The notes: generated from the letters alone by a model not told the origin. Positions 19,433-29,933 are shown, counted from the first letter of the stretch. The stretch: DNA of 64,000 bases from an uncultured Eubacteriales bacterium (GCA_949293815.1 CASFEZ010000018.1:28048-92047), one strand, 5' to 3'. Program-made: numbers and translations.

Positions 19433-20122
19433 ATGCTTGGCGTATTGGTGAATACCGCTGCCGTTCTGGCAGGCGGCACGCTGGGGCTGCTGCTCAAACG
19501 GGGCATTCCCGAAAAAATCAGCGACACGCTGATGAAGGGCATTGCCCTTTGCACGATTTGCATCGGCATTGCCGGCGTTATAAAAGGCGAAAACACGCTG
19601 GTTATGATTTTATCCGTTGTTTTGGGCGGTCTTATCGGGGGTCTTCTGAATTTGGACGGGCTGCTGAACCGGTTTTCGCAGTTTCTTGAAAAAAAAGTAC
19701 AGGGAAAACAGAAAAAGGGCGGCGGTGTTTCGATAGCGCAGGGCTTTATCAGCGGCAGCCTGCTGTTCTGCGTGGGCGCGATGACCATTGTGGGCTCGCT
19801 GAACGCCGGGCTTTCCGGGGACAATGAAATGCTGTATGCAAAATCCCTGCTGGATTTGATTTCCTCCTGTGTATTGGCGGCCACACTGGGCGCGGGGGTT
19901 TTATTTTCGGCGGCGTTTGTGCTGCTTTTTCAGGGGGCGATTGCGCTGGCGGCATCCTTCGCCGCGCCGTATCTGGCAGACAGTGTGATTACGGAGATGA
20001 CCTGCGCCGGTTCGGTGCTGATTTTTGGCTTGGGGCTGAATTTACTGCATATTACGGATATTAAGGTTGCCAACTACCTGCCTGCTGTTTTTCTTCCCAT
20101 TCTGCTGTGTCTGTTTTTATAA
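19433..20122 (+). CDS. DUF554-family integral membrane protein
   Basis: MLGVLVNTAAVLAGGTLGLLLKRGIPEK matches the usual DUF554 (YdfK/YqgA-like) N-terminus. Multiple TM segments. Start set at ATG 19433, 6 nt after AGGAGG. Confidence 0.75.
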   Translation: MLGVLVNTAAVLAGGTLGLLLKRGIPEKISDTLMKGIALCTICIGIAGVIKGENTLVMILSVVLGGLIGGLLNLDGLLNRFSQFLEKKVQGKQKKGGGVSIAQGFISGSLLFCVGAMTIVGSLNAGLSGDNEMLYAKSLLDLISSCVLAATLGAGVLFSAAFVLLFQGAIALAASFAAPYLADSVITEMTCAGSVLIFGLGLNLLHITDIKVANYLPAVFLPILLCLFL

Positions 20123-20249
20123 CCGTATACGGCGGATGGGTGCTGCAAAATTTTTCAGCGCCGTTTGCGTGCGCCTTTTTCTGCGTATTCCAAAGAAGGG
20201 ATTGCATTTTGCCTCTTTTTCCTGTATAATACATGAGGAGGTATGGAAA

Positions 20250-20858
20250 ATGACTGATTTTTTTGTTTGTCTTGCACAATACAACGAAGATGAACAGAAA
20301 ATCAGAGCGCGGACTTTCGTAAAAGAAAACGCCCGGCAGGCCGATATACGGCGGGTAGAATTTGCCGGGTGCAGCTTTTCGGGCTGCCAGCTCGGCGGAG
20401 CGGATTTTACCGGCGCCTCGTTTCAAAACACGACCTTTGCCGCCTGTGATTTTTCCAATGCCTGTTTGCGGAACGCCTATTTTGACAACTGCCGTTTTTC
20501 CGACTGCCGGTTGATAGGCGCGGATTTTTCCCAGAGCCTTTTGCAAAAAACCGTGTTTTGCGCCTGCCCGCTGCGCAGCGCCTGCTTTGATATGGCCGAT
20601 TTACGCTTTGTTTCGGCAGAGGACTGCGATTTTTCTGAGGCAAGCATACGGGAATGCAAGCTCAAAAATGTTCGGCAGGAGAACTGTATTTTTATTCGCA
20701 ATAACTTTTTTAAAACAGCCCTGAAAGGCATCGATTTTTCTACCGGTGTTTTTTCAGCGCCGACCGTATCCATGCCGCCGGAGGAGCTGCGCGGCATCCG
20801 CATCAGCGCCATGCAGGCGGCAGACCTGATTCAGCTGTTTGGTATTGAGGTTATATAA
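20250..20858 (+). CDS. Pentapeptide-repeat protein
   Basis: 202 aa after trimming to ATG 20250 (GAGGAGG RBS). Long run of A(D/N)LxX-type pentapeptides (GCQLGGADFTGASFQNTTFAACDFSNACLRNAYFDNCRFSDCRLIGADFSQS). Confidence 0.85.
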   Translation: MTDFFVCLAQYNEDEQKIRARTFVKENARQADIRRVEFAGCSFSGCQLGGADFTGASFQNTTFAACDFSNACLRNAYFDNCRFSDCRLIGADFSQSLLQKTVFCACPLRSACFDMADLRFVSAEDCDFSEASIRECKLKNVRQENCIFIRNNFFKTALKGIDFSTGVFSAPTVSMPPEELRGIRISAMQAADLIQLFGIEVI

Positions 20859-20888
20859 ATCAATTGGAAAAGAGAAAGGATGAGCGCC

Positions 20889-21464
20889 ATGACGCGTTTT
20901 GACAGCGCCGTATTATTTGCGGTGAACAGCCATTCGGGAACCACCAGAAAAGGTTCTACCAACCCCTATATCCTGCACCCCATGGAAACGGCTGCCATTG
21001 CTGCCAGCCTGACAACCGACGAGGACGTGCTGATTGCCGCCCTGCTGCACGACACCATTGAGGACGCAGGGCGCAGCCCGGAGGAAATCAAAGAAGCCTT
21101 TGGCGGTCGGGTGCTGGCGCTGGTATTGGCCGACACCGAAAAAGTTGACCCCTCCCGCCCGGAAATTGACACCTGGATGGAACGCAAAAACGCCATGATT
21201 GAATATATAAAGGAAAAAGCAACCAAAGACGAAAAGCTGATCATTCTTTCCGACCGTTTGGCAAACCTGCGGAATATTCACAGCGACATGCAGGTGATGG
21301 GCGAGGAGGTTTGGTCTTTGTTCCATACCCAGACGGATAAGCAGGTACAGGGCTGGTACTATCACAGCATTGCGGATGAAATGACGGAGTTCGCCGGAAC
21401 CGCCGCCTATGAAGAATATTTATCCCTGATTCGCACTGTGTTCGGCAGCGAACCCACGCGCTGA
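20889..21464 (+). CDS. HD-domain protein, RelA/SpoT-type (p)ppGpp hydrolase-like (small alarmone hydrolase candidate)
   Basis: YILHPMETAAIAA...ALLHDTIEDAG is the His...HD signature of SpoT-like hydrolase domains. About 190 aa, stand-alone. The start could be 20880 or 20889; 20889 has the better RBS spacing. Confidence 0.7.
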   Translation: MTRFDSAVLFAVNSHSGTTRKGSTNPYILHPMETAAIAASLTTDEDVLIAALLHDTIEDAGRSPEEIKEAFGGRVLALVLADTEKVDPSRPEIDTWMERKNAMIEYIKEKATKDEKLIILSDRLANLRNIHSDMQVMGEEVWSLFHTQTDKQVQGWYYHSIADEMTEFAGTAAYEEYLSLIRTVFGSEPTR

Positions 21465-21495
21465 AACCGGCGTTCTACTGCTGTTTTTACAACCA

Positions 21496-21535
21496 AAGGA
21501 CCGATGGGCACTGGCTCATCGGTCCTTGTTTTTTG
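21496..21535 (+). terminator. Intrinsic terminator of the HD-domain gene
   Basis: AAGGACCGATG-(10-nt loop)-CATCGGTCCTT followed by GTTTTTTG. Confidence 0.8.
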
Positions 21536-21716
21536 TGTATTCCGGACGGGTACCGGCTGTGTTTATACGGCAGGTTTCGATAAAACGCCTTATTTTTTCT
21601 CCTCCGGGAGCACGAAGTCGCATTCTTCTTTTTCCAGCGTATCGTACAGCGGATGCAGCGCACCGGCTCTCTGGAGCTGGTCAAAGGCAACCGCAGAGAA
21701 AATAAGAATATCCGGG

Positions 21717-24626
21717 TCATGGGGCAGCTTTAAGGGTATGGGTATGGGTGATTTCATACGCCAGCGTGCAGGGCTTGACATAGCCCTTTTCCCGCATACC
21801 GTACAAATCCCATGCGCCGATCGCCTCGAAGCAGTCGGGAATGAACACCTCGTGCGCCTCGCCGCCGGAGGTGAACACGGCTTTCTTATCGCCGCCGATG
21901 CTGGTCAGAAGCAGCGCGACCGAGCGGCAGTTTTCCGGCAATGTCAGGGTCTGACCATCGCAAACTGCCGCCTGGTACCCCTTTTCTTTCAGCGTAAATA
22001 CCGCATTTTTGCAAGTAACGGTTTTCGGGAACAATTCAGTCGGCAGGGAATTGCCGTGGAACATACCGTTCTTCGGATGGAAATCGGAGGAGGTCACATG
22101 CACCGAATAGGGCAAATCAACCTTTGTCTTTTGCATCGGATGCGCAGACCGCGCGCCGAAAGGTTTCAGTGCCACCGCAAAGGTTTTGGGCGCATAGGGC
22201 GTCAGGGAGAATACCAGCTCGCCGTCTTTGACCACCGCGTCGCCAATCGGCTCTTCGATGCCGTTGACCTCTACGGCGGACAGGATGCCGTTCCCCATTT
22301 TCAGATGTATATCCTCCTGTATCTTTCCGGCGCATTCCACCACGCGTACAATCACGCGGCTGCCGTTCAGCTCTTTTTTCAGGGCTTTTATCATCACGCT
22401 CGGATTGCTGAGAGCGGCGAAGGAATATTCGCCCGGAAGCGCCCCTTCGTTGCCGGGCACAGCGGCAAAGACACACAAGGGACGGCTGAACGCCGCGCCC
22501 GCCTGCTGGGTGGCGGTTAAATCCGCGCCGTCATGGGAGAAAACGCCGAAAGCATAGCGGTTCTTGCCCAAATCCATCAGACTCTGTTTGCTGTCGCGGC
22601 GATAGTCCTTGGCAGGGGTATGGATGCCCGTCAGGCGCAGTGTATCGGCAGTGGGATGATCCCAGCCGTATTTGCATTCGCTGAGCACGGAAACGCCCCA
22701 GCTTTCATCGCTGATATCCGCCCAGTTCTGACCGGGAACCTCATACAGCTTCGGGGTATTCAGCCCTCTGCGAATGACGCCCAGCCCCAAATCATAGGAG
22801 GCCTCCTCGTTTTCAACTGTAAAGGTAAAGGGCGTTTTCAGCAGCTTTTTCAGCCCGCGCCACTCAATTTCATTTTCCACGCGCACAACGTTGCTGCTCT
22901 CACCCAGGATGATTTTCTGCACAAAGACGGATTCGCCGTACTGCCGCACGGTTTTCAGCACCGCACGAGCCGCGCCGACGCTTTCGGCAAAGAAGACCGG
23001 GTTCTGCGCCTTTCCCTCGGGAGCAGCCATCACTTCCGGATAGTCCAGCTCCCAGGCCGGCCAGATGATGCTGCCGTCATAGGAATGAATATCCATGGAG
23101 ATCGGCGCTTTCAGCAGCTCTTTTTGCAGCTCTTTATCATAAATCGACGCGATGTCTCCGTTTTCGTTTAAGGAAACGGCATACTTCTTATTTTCCGCGT
23201 GCCGTACCGAAGCGGAAAGCCCCGTGGTCTTGGCGTAGGGCTTGGCGGCAGGCAGAATGGTGTATACGCTGTAGCCGTTGCCGGGAACGGTGGCGGTAAA
23301 AATAACCTTGCCGTCCTCCAGCTGGGAGGGAACTTCTTTTCCGGCGCTGTTTTTCACCTTGACAAAAGCGGTATCCTCGGGCAAATCCACCTCGCAGGCA
23401 ACCCAGTCGGTAACGGGACAGTCCACGGTATTGCTGACGATAACCGCTGCGCCCCGGGTTTTGGGCACGCTGACCATAGAGGAAACGGCAGCCATGGCGT
23501 TTTCATAGGTCGCGCCGAACTGATTCAAAGACAGCATATATTCGTTCCAGCTTCTCTTATACGCCCGCTGTACGGAGGTGCCGGGCAAATCATCGTGGAA
23601 CTGGTGGGCGATGACCCGTTTCCAGGCGGTGTCCAGCACCTCGGCGGGGTAAGGAGCCGCGCCGAGCCACTGCGCCAATACGCTGGTGCGCTCCGCCGCG
23701 TCCGCCAGCTGTTCATTGCGCTTGTTCCAGCGCTTGCCGATGGCGCGGGAGGTGTAGCCGCCGACGCCGTGGTCGGTGGATACCAGCTCGTTGTTCCAGA
23801 CCGGCAGCTTTTTCTTCTGTTCGTCCGACAATTTGTCCATTTCACGGAACACATTGTCCACGCTTTCGATGGTCACTTCCACATCCTCTAATGTATTCCG
23901 CCCTTTTTCGCGCACCGTGGTTTCCACCGAGCCGTCGGTGGGCGAACCGCCGATATCGCCGGTGCCGTGCAGCACATGGGTCATGGGCAAATCGTACTGA
24001 CGAATATTGGTTTCCAGCTTTGCTTTGATTTTTTCGTGTTCCCGCACTTTTTCCAGTTTCTGGTTATAGCTCAGGGCATTCAAAGAGGCAAAGACCTCCG
24101 ACCCGTCTACGCCTTTCCAGATTCCCAAATCAAAGGGAATGCCGTAAGCGGAGCTCCAGGTCAGCTTTTGGGTCGTAAAGCCCAACAGACCGGCATGCTT
24201 CATAATACTGGGCAGCGCCCAGCCGAAGCCGAAGCAGTCGGGCAGGTAGATATCCACGCTCTTTTTGCCGAATTTTTTCTGGAAATAATCCTGACCGAAC
24301 AGAATATTTCGCATCAGCGCCTCCGGCGAGGGCACATTGACATCGCCGTTTTCATAGGCGCTGCCGGTTACGAACCAGCGTCCGTCGGCAATATACTTTT
24401 TCAGTTTCTCAAAGCGGATGGGATAATACTCCTCCATCAGCTCATACCGGCGGCTGCCCTCAAAGCTGAATACATAGTCGGGGTATTTTTCAAACAGACG
24501 GAAATTTTTCACCAGCGTATCGCGGATATACAAATCAATCGTGGTTTCAAAATCCCAGTTCCAAATGGTGTCGAGGTGTGCGGTTGCGCAGGTGCGGATG
24601 ACCGGCTTTTTTTCAATCATGGACAT
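21717..24626 (-). CDS. Glycoside hydrolase family 38 alpha-mannosidase
   Basis: About 969 aa. The N-terminal HLDTIWNWDFETT, FSFEGSRRYELMEEY and later HGTGDIGGSPT blocks are typical of cytoplasmic bacterial GH38 enzymes. Start set to ATG 24626, 6 nt after AAGGAG. Confidence 0.85.
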   Translation of the reverse strand: MSMIEKKPVIRTCATAHLDTIWNWDFETTIDLYIRDTLVKNFRLFEKYPDYVFSFEGSRRYELMEEYYPIRFEKLKKYIADGRWFVTGSAYENGDVNVPSPEALMRNILFGQDYFQKKFGKKSVDIYLPDCFGFGWALPSIMKHAGLLGFTTQKLTWSSAYGIPFDLGIWKGVDGSEVFASLNALSYNQKLEKVREHEKIKAKLETNIRQYDLPMTHVLHGTGDIGGSPTDGSVETTVREKGRNTLEDVEVTIESVDNVFREMDKLSDEQKKKLPVWNNELVSTDHGVGGYTSRAIGKRWNKRNEQLADAAERTSVLAQWLGAAPYPAEVLDTAWKRVIAHQFHDDLPGTSVQRAYKRSWNEYMLSLNQFGATYENAMAAVSSMVSVPKTRGAAVIVSNTVDCPVTDWVACEVDLPEDTAFVKVKNSAGKEVPSQLEDGKVIFTATVPGNGYSVYTILPAAKPYAKTTGLSASVRHAENKKYAVSLNENGDIASIYDKELQKELLKAPISMDIHSYDGSIIWPAWELDYPEVMAAPEGKAQNPVFFAESVGAARAVLKTVRQYGESVFVQKIILGESSNVVRVENEIEWRGLKKLLKTPFTFTVENEEASYDLGLGVIRRGLNTPKLYEVPGQNWADISDESWGVSVLSECKYGWDHPTADTLRLTGIHTPAKDYRRDSKQSLMDLGKNRYAFGVFSHDGADLTATQQAGAAFSRPLCVFAAVPGNEGALPGEYSFAALSNPSVMIKALKKELNGSRVIVRVVECAGKIQEDIHLKMGNGILSAVEVNGIEEPIGDAVVKDGELVFSLTPYAPKTFAVALKPFGARSAHPMQKTKVDLPYSVHVTSSDFHPKNGMFHGNSLPTELFPKTVTCKNAVFTLKEKGYQAAVCDGQTLTLPENCRSVALLLTSIGGDKKAVFTSGGEAHEVFIPDCFEAIGAWDLYGMREKGYVKPCTLAYEITHTHTLKAAP

Positions 24627-24646
24627 AGGCAACTCCTTTTCCTTTA

Positions 24647-24889
24647 TTATTCATCTTTTTGACGCGCCGCTTTCTTATTTGCGCGTTTTTCCTGCATGGT
24701 TATCAGGGGTTTGAGCAATTTATTGACCAGCGCGTAAAACTTATCGTATTCCTCTTTGGCCTGCTGCGCGTCCTGCTCCAGGCGGTTTTCCATGTCGTAA
24801 TACAATAAGTTGCAGCCGCAATTGTCGCATTCCTGTTTGACATAAAACAAACTGAGCTTTTTCCCGCATTTCGGACATTTATTTTCCAT
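24647..24889 (-). CDS. Small zinc-ribbon protein with basic C-terminal helix (unknown function)
   Basis: 80 aa. CPKCG...CDNCGC. GGAGGAA RBS. Packed between the transporter and GH38 genes with gaps of 3 and 20 nt. Confidence 0.6.
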   Translation of the reverse strand: MENKCPKCGKKLSLFYVKQECDNCGCNLLYYDMENRLEQDAQQAKEEYDKFYALVNKLLKPLITMQEKRANKKAARQKDE

Positions 24890-24892
24890 GGT

Positions 24893-26362
24893 TTATTCCT
24901 CCGTTGCCGTACCGGCATCGCCGGACACCGCCCTTGTGCGCATTTCCCGATGAATGCGCATCTCTTCGCGGATTTTCTCCAGCTTTTCCCCTTCCAAATC
25001 ATAGAACGCATAGGGAATCAGCGAAATCAGACCCAAAATCGGCGGAATGGCGGTCATCAGCGCCCAGAGCCAGAAACGGACGTTGATATCCGTTTCGGGA
25101 AAAACCGGATTCTCCAAATCCACATTCTGCAAATGAATCAGCGGCATAATCGCGGTGGCCATGGCCGTACTCAGCGAGCCGGTCAGCTTGCTGATAAAGG
25201 TCAAAAGCGAGAAGGACATCCCCTCGTTGCGCTCGCCGGTTTTCCATTCCATATAATCGACCGTATCGCCAATCATCTTGGTGGGCACCACCATTTTGAT
25301 GCTGCTGATGGCGCTGGTAAAAATACCCTGAACGGCCAACAGGGGCACAATCACCGCCGCGTTGGTATAATAGCGGCTGCCAATCAGGAACACAACCACC
25401 GCCAGCGCCGTGTTGAACAGCGAGCAGCCCACCACAATCTGCTTCGAGGAGAACCGCCGCTCTACTGTGGGGATAAACAGATAGGAGAAAAAGCCGGTGA
25501 CCGTACCGGGAATACCCGCCACCAGCGAAAGGCTGGCAATACCCAGCGAGAAAATATAGAAATACTGGCTGAAAGTACCGCTGATACCCTCTACCGTAGC
25601 CAGAATGTTGGAAAGCACAATCAAAAGCAGCGGTTTGTTTTTGAACAGATACTTAAAGCAGGCCAGAAGGCTCGGTTCGTCGTTGGACTGCACTACCCGC
25701 TCCTTGGTAAAAAGCCCGGACAGGCTCATCAGCGCCGTGCCGAGAATACCGGCCAAACAGCCCATAAACAGGAACACCTGTTTCATATCCCATGGGATAA
25801 TGCCGTTGCGGCTCAAATCGATAAAGATGGGAATCATGGAAGAAACCAGACCGCCGAGAATCGAGGAAATCAACCGGGCAGAGGTAATCGCCGCCGAACG
25901 GTCGGAGGGCAGGGGCGAAATGGCGGCAGACAGTCCCCAGAACGGAATATCGCCGATGGTGTAAAAGAACTCCCATAAGAAGTAAACGATGTACATATAA
26001 ATAATCTTCGTTAAATTGGAGTCCACACCGCTTAAAAATTCCGCGCCGCCAAACAAAAGAATGGTCATAATGGCAAGAGGAATCGGCACAAAAATCAAAT
26101 ACGGGCGCAATTTGCCGTAGCGGGTACGGGTTCGATCCACGATACTGCCCATCATCGGGTCATTGATGGCATCCCAAATGCCCATACAGAAAATCATTGT
26201 AGAAACCGCTTCGGCGGGAATGCCGAAAACCGTCACAAAATAAAAGGTCAGCTGCCCGCGCACCAGGTTATAGCCCATCACCTGCCCGCCGTTGGCGATG
26301 CCGTACAAAATGGTTTCCCGGATGCCGACATAGTGCTTTTCCTTGTTTTGCAAATACTGCAT
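24893..26362 (-). CDS. Glycoside-pentoside-hexuronide (GPH) family cation symporter (MFS)
   Basis: About 490 aa with 12 predicted TM segments. N-terminal region GIANGGQVMGYNLV...DAINDPMMGSIVDRTRTRYGKLRPY is the MelB/GPH signature. The start is either ATG 26362 or GTG 26371. Confidence 0.85.
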   Translation of the reverse strand: MQYLQNKEKHYVGIRETILYGIANGGQVMGYNLVRGQLTFYFVTVFGIPAEAVSTMIFCMGIWDAINDPMMGSIVDRTRTRYGKLRPYLIFVPIPLAIMTILLFGGAEFLSGVDSNLTKIIYMYIVYFLWEFFYTIGDIPFWGLSAAISPLPSDRSAAITSARLISSILGGLVSSMIPIFIDLSRNGIIPWDMKQVFLFMGCLAGILGTALMSLSGLFTKERVVQSNDEPSLLACFKYLFKNKPLLLIVLSNILATVEGISGTFSQYFYIFSLGIASLSLVAGIPGTVTGFFSYLFIPTVERRFSSKQIVVGCSLFNTALAVVVFLIGSRYYTNAAVIVPLLAVQGIFTSAISSIKMVVPTKMIGDTVDYMEWKTGERNEGMSFSLLTFISKLTGSLSTAMATAIMPLIHLQNVDLENPVFPETDINVRFWLWALMTAIPPILGLISLIPYAFYDLEGEKLEKIREEMRIHREMRTRAVSGDAGTATEE

Positions 26363-26377
26363 TTGCGCCACCTCTCC

Positions 26378-27355
26378 TTAAGGAACGGCAAACATTGCCG
26401 CTGTTATTGCCAGAAGCTGGTTTTCCTTCTCACCGATATTGCCCCAAAGCTCGATGGAATACCATGCGCCGGGGCGAAAATCCACATCCGCCGCAAACGC
26501 GGTGCAGCGCGATGCTATCGGATATTCACCGCAAACTGCGCCGCCATTGGTACGAATCACAATCTTTCGGCATGCCACCGGCGTATCGCCGTTCAGTTTA
26601 TCATTGCGGGTATAGGAAATTTGCATATCCAACCGATGTTTCCCGGAATTGAGCGTATCGCCCACCGTCAGACCGTCCTCGGCAGATACGGTAAACAGCG
26701 GTCCTGCCGAAACCACCGTCCGTCCCTCGCAAATGGCGGTCAGCATCGCCTGGGGCGACAATTTCGCAGCGGTTGTCCCCAAATAGGTACAGGCGGCAGG
26801 ATATATGTTATTCTCCGGGCGGTGCCAGTCCCGCCCCATGGTGGGCGCCGGGCGCAGCCCCTCGTCCAAAAACGAATGCCACAGCCGAATCGCCCGGCGA
26901 TTGGAGGAATTGAGATAGGGACAGCCCTCTGACCAGATTTCCATATAATCGACTTTGCTTTTGTCTTTTACCAGATAGTCCCAGTGACCGCCGGTACAAA
27001 TCGGCGTACCCAGCTGAAAGGGATGGGCGATCCCCACGGTGCCGCCCGCCTCTTTGGCACGGCGAATCAATAAATCCCCCTGTTCGGCGCTTACATCTCG
27101 CCACTCAACCCAATCCGCCGGGGCTAAAACCGGCATATGCCCATGAAAGGTCGTCAGCTCCACCCCGGGCAGCAGCACCGGCTTTTCGGCATGCGCCGCA
27201 GCAAGGGGCGCGCCGGACATGGTATTGTGGTCGGTCAGGGCGATGCCGTCCAAAAGCCGCGCCCGCGCCGTGTCCATCAGCGATTCGGGGGTAAAGCTGC
27301 CGTCGCTGTGGTTGGTATGGCAATGCAGCTCACAGGCAAACCAGTTACGCTTCAT
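26378..27355 (-). CDS. PHP-domain metallohydrolase (CehA/McbA-like)
   Basis: CELHCHTNHSDG at the N-terminus, then ALTDHN and GIAHP motifs. Start trimmed to ATG 27355 (GGGAGGTG RBS). Confidence 0.75.
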   Translation of the reverse strand: MKRNWFACELHCHTNHSDGSFTPESLMDTARARLLDGIALTDHNTMSGAPLAAAHAEKPVLLPGVELTTFHGHMPVLAPADWVEWRDVSAEQGDLLIRRAKEAGGTVGIAHPFQLGTPICTGGHWDYLVKDKSKVDYMEIWSEGCPYLNSSNRRAIRLWHSFLDEGLRPAPTMGRDWHRPENNIYPAACTYLGTTAAKLSPQAMLTAICEGRTVVSAGPLFTVSAEDGLTVGDTLNSGKHRLDMQISYTRNDKLNGDTPVACRKIVIRTNGGAVCGEYPIASRCTAFAADVDFRPGAWYSIELWGNIGEKENQLLAITAAMFAVP

Positions 27356-27815
27356 CTGCCGCACCTCCCTTGGTGGCAATCAGCAAATGCGCTTCGCAGG
27401 CGTCGGTGACCAGTGCATGGACGCTGACAGTCAGGCGCCAGGCGCCTTTCATAACTTTGCCCGGGTAAAACCCCGGAGAGGCGAACATTTCGCCAATCTC
27501 ATGTTCCTGCTGCGGGTCTTGCCGGTGCGCCGCCCCGCGGAACCCGTTGGGGTCGTCCAGCGACAGGGTCAATAAATTTTTCAGCGGCAGGAACGCTTGT
27601 GGGTCATACCCCTCGCCCCATGCACCGGGGGCGTCCCGCTCGATATTTTCTTTTATCATATGCAGCTGCGCAGCTGTATCCGATGGGGTTTTCGGCGCAT
27701 AAGAAAATCGAAGATACAGTGTTTGCGCGTCCTCCGACAGGAAAAACGGCACCGGGATATTCTTCTGGGAATCCGCCGCTGTCAGGTGCAGCGGCATATC
27801 AAGAATGGTCTTCAT
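27345..27815 (-). CDS. Hypothetical protein (156 aa)
   Basis: ORF in operon context. GGGAGT RBS before ATG 27815. Overlaps both neighbours by 11 and 17 nt. No family recognised. Confidence 0.55.
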   Translation of the reverse strand: MKTILDMPLHLTAADSQKNIPVPFFLSEDAQTLYLRFSYAPKTPSDTAAQLHMIKENIERDAPGAWGEGYDPQAFLPLKNLLTLSLDDPNGFRGAAHRQDPQQEHEIGEMFASPGFYPGKVMKGAWRLTVSVHALVTDACEAHLLIATKGGAADEA

Positions 27816-28797
27816 TTGGTATACTCCCATATCCGTCCGCAGAAGGCTTCTGCGTTAATTTGATAAACGCCTCCACCGCTTTGGTATAGCGCTGCGGGTC
27901 GATATAATAGCTTCTTGCGTGCGGTGCGCCGGGAATGGTCAGCCGGTATTTGTCGGTCGTACAGGCATCATACAGCTGCTCCAGCATATAAACCGGCACA
28001 AAATCATCCGCTCCGCCGTGTATAAACAAGATGGGGCATTTGGCAAACTTCACCGCGTGCAGGGGCGAAGCGTCCCGAAAGGAATACCCGCAAATATGCC
28101 GGTTCAAAAAATCACAGACCGGCAACAGGGGAAATTCAGTCAGATGAAAAGAGGCTTTCATCTGATAGGAAAACTCGTCCCAGGCAGAGGTGTAGGAGCA
28201 ATCGGCAATCATGCCCCGAATATCCGCCTCCGTTCGGTTGTCCCGACTCATCATCAGAACCGTGGCGGCGCCCATGGAAACGCCTAAAAGATATCTTTCC
28301 ATATCCGGGAAATTTGTTTTTGCATATTCCACCCATAAAAAGGCATCCCGGCTCTCATGTGTGCCATAGCCCATATAGTCGCCGTCGCTGTCGCCGCAGC
28401 CCCGGTGGTCGGGCAGAATCAGCGTATATCCCAGCCGGAAAAAATCCGGCGCAAAAAAACAGAACTCCCCTTTGCCGCTGCTGCGCGCGCCGTGGCAGGC
28501 GATAATCAATTTGCCGTTCGGTCTTCTGGGCGAAAGCACCAGAGCGCGCAACTGTGCGCCGTCCCCGGCGGTCAGCTCCACCCGCTGCAAAGGCAATGAT
28601 AAAAACCGCTTTTCCGCCTCGGCGGCATCGGCGGCATAGGCATCCGGCATTTCGTTTCCCTTTATCCATTTCCCCAAAAAGGCGGGCAGCGAAAAGGTCT
28701 TTCGATTCACCAGCTGGCGGCGAATCAATTCGGCAATCAAAAACAACAACCCGACAGCCAAAAGAAGGAGCAAAAGGATAAGCAGAAAATATCGCAT
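27799..28797 (-). CDS. Membrane-anchored alpha/beta hydrolase
   Basis: N-terminal TM helix [28 protein letters not shown] oxyanion region, nucleophile elbow GVSMGA, and late HGGADDFV. Start at ATG 28797 (GGAAGGTG RBS). Confidence 0.8.
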   Translation of the reverse strand: MRYFLLILLLLLLAVGLLFLIAELIRRQLVNRKTFSLPAFLGKWIKGNEMPDAYAADAAEAEKRFLSLPLQRVELTAGDGAQLRALVLSPRRPNGKLIIACHGARSSGKGEFCFFAPDFFRLGYTLILPDHRGCGDSDGDYMGYGTHESRDAFLWVEYAKTNFPDMERYLLGVSMGAATVLMMSRDNRTEADIRGMIADCSYTSAWDEFSYQMKASFHLTEFPLLPVCDFLNRHICGYSFRDASPLHAVKFAKCPILFIHGGADDFVPVYMLEQLYDACTTDKYRLTIPGAPHARSYYIDPQRYTKAVEAFIKLTQKPSADGYGSIPNEDHS

Positions 28798-28906
28798 AAA
28801 AACACCTTCCATATGATACCTATGATACAGGAAACTTTCACAAAAATCAAGACGAAAAATACTTTGCGCAAAACGGATTTCATCGGAACACGCCCGGCGA
28901 TGCTGT

Positions 28907-28915
28907 ATATACTGT
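28907..28915 (+). promoter_or_regulatory. ATATACTGT box upstream of the split collagen-like gene (possible -10 of a sporulation-sigma promoter)
   Basis: The identical 9-mer occurs at a similar distance upstream of the second collagen-like gene (29934-29942). It loosely resembles the SigK/SigE-type -10 element (CATA..TA). Confidence 0.25.
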
Positions 28916-28962
28916 TACGGGGCGGAAAACGCCTCGCATTTTTACGGATAAGGAGGTTATTT

Positions 28963-29796
28963 ATGAATCCATATAACAATATATTCGGCAACTGCGGCTG
29001 TTCCTCGCGCGATTCGTCTCAGCAGCAATCGGCGCAGAACGCTGCGGCGGTTCAGGCGGCGCAAGCTGCAGCACAGGCAGCGCAGGCAATCAACTGCAAT
29101 AACTGCTGCCAGCCTGTCTGTCCTCCTCCGGTGACCTGCTGCTGTCCGGGTCCCACCGGTCCTACCGGTCCACAGGGTGTACCCGGTCCGCAGGGACCTC
29201 AGGGAATCCCCGGGTTACAGGGAGTTCCGGGGGCTGTCGGCGCAACGGGTCCCACCGGTCCGCAGGGGATCCCCGGTCCGCAGGGAGCGACCGGTCCTAC
29301 CGGTCCGCAGGGTATTCCCGGTGTTCCGGGGGCAGCGGGCAGAATTGGTGACATTGGTCCCACCGGTCCCACCGGTGCAACAGGTCCGACAGGTGCAGCC
29401 GGCGCAACAGGTCCTACCGGTCCGCAGGGAATCCGCGGTGTTGACGGTGCAACAGGTCCTACCGGACCTACCGGTCCGCAGGGAATCGCCGGTGCCGATG
29501 GACCTACCGGTCCCACCGGACCTACCGGTCCGCAGGGCATAGCCGGAACCACCGGTGCAACAGGACCCACCGGTCCTACCGGTCCTGCCGGAACCGGCGC
29601 CGCAGGCGCAACAGGTCCTACCGGTCCCACCGGTCCTACCGGTCCTGCCGGAACCGGCGCCGCAGGCGCAACGGGTCCCACCGGTCCTACCGGACCTACG
29701 GGTGCAGCGGGCGCTGCGGGCGCAACGGGTCCTACTGCTCCGTTCATATATGCACAACAAGCGTCATATCCTGTGCTCAAAACTTTACATACATAA
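28963..29796 (+). CDS. Collagen-like (BclA-type) spore-surface protein, 5' segment of a split gene (277 aa as encoded)
   Basis: AGGAGG RBS 6 nt before the ATG. Cys-rich N-domain ([15 protein letters not shown]), then 196 aa of uninterrupted GXY (GPTGPQ...). The frame leaves the repeats at ...[10 protein letters not shown] and stops 12 codons later with no C-terminal globular domain. Confidence 0.85.
   Translation: MNPYNNIFGNCGCSSRDSSQQQSAQNAAAVQAAQAAAQAAQAINCNNCCQPVCPPPVTCCCPGPTGPTGPQGVPGPQGPQGIPGLQGVPGAVGATGPTGPQGIPGPQGATGPTGPQGIPGVPGAAGRIGDIGPTGPTGATGPTGAAGATGPTGPQGIRGVDGATGPTGPTGPQGIAGADGPTGPTGPTGPQGIAGTTGATGPTGPTGPAGTGAAGATGPTGPTGPTGPAGTGAAGATGPTGPTGPTGAAGAAGATGPTAPFIYAQQASYPVLKTLHT
29149..29736 (+). 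repeat. Collagen GXY triplet repeat DNA (GGN-CCN-ACN rich)
   Basis: 196 consecutive Gly-X-Y residues, including a near-identical 60-bp duplication ([20 protein letters not shown] x2). Confidence 0.95.
29751..29757 (+). repeat. Left copy of the 7-bp direct repeat TGCACAA (putative crossover core, attL)
   Basis: Read in frame as (TA)T GCA CAA in the 5' gene segment. An identical heptamer lies at 33202-33208. Confidence 0.7.
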
Positions 29797-29933
29797 ATCG
29801 ACGCTTATATTCTATCCGACCGGCTCAGTCACAGTTGGTTATCCTCTTATTTGCGGCAAACATCGTTTTCTTAAGACAGCCTGCAACATCAAAAGTAAAA
29901 ATGCTTTCAAGGAACTATTTAACCCTTTCAAGA

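Noticed and set aside
20250-20858. Pentapeptide-repeat protein as a Qnr-type quinolone-resistance determinant
   Set aside because: The size is similar, but pentapeptide repeats are widespread. Without a search I cannot support Qnr/MfpA orthology, and there is no mobile context.
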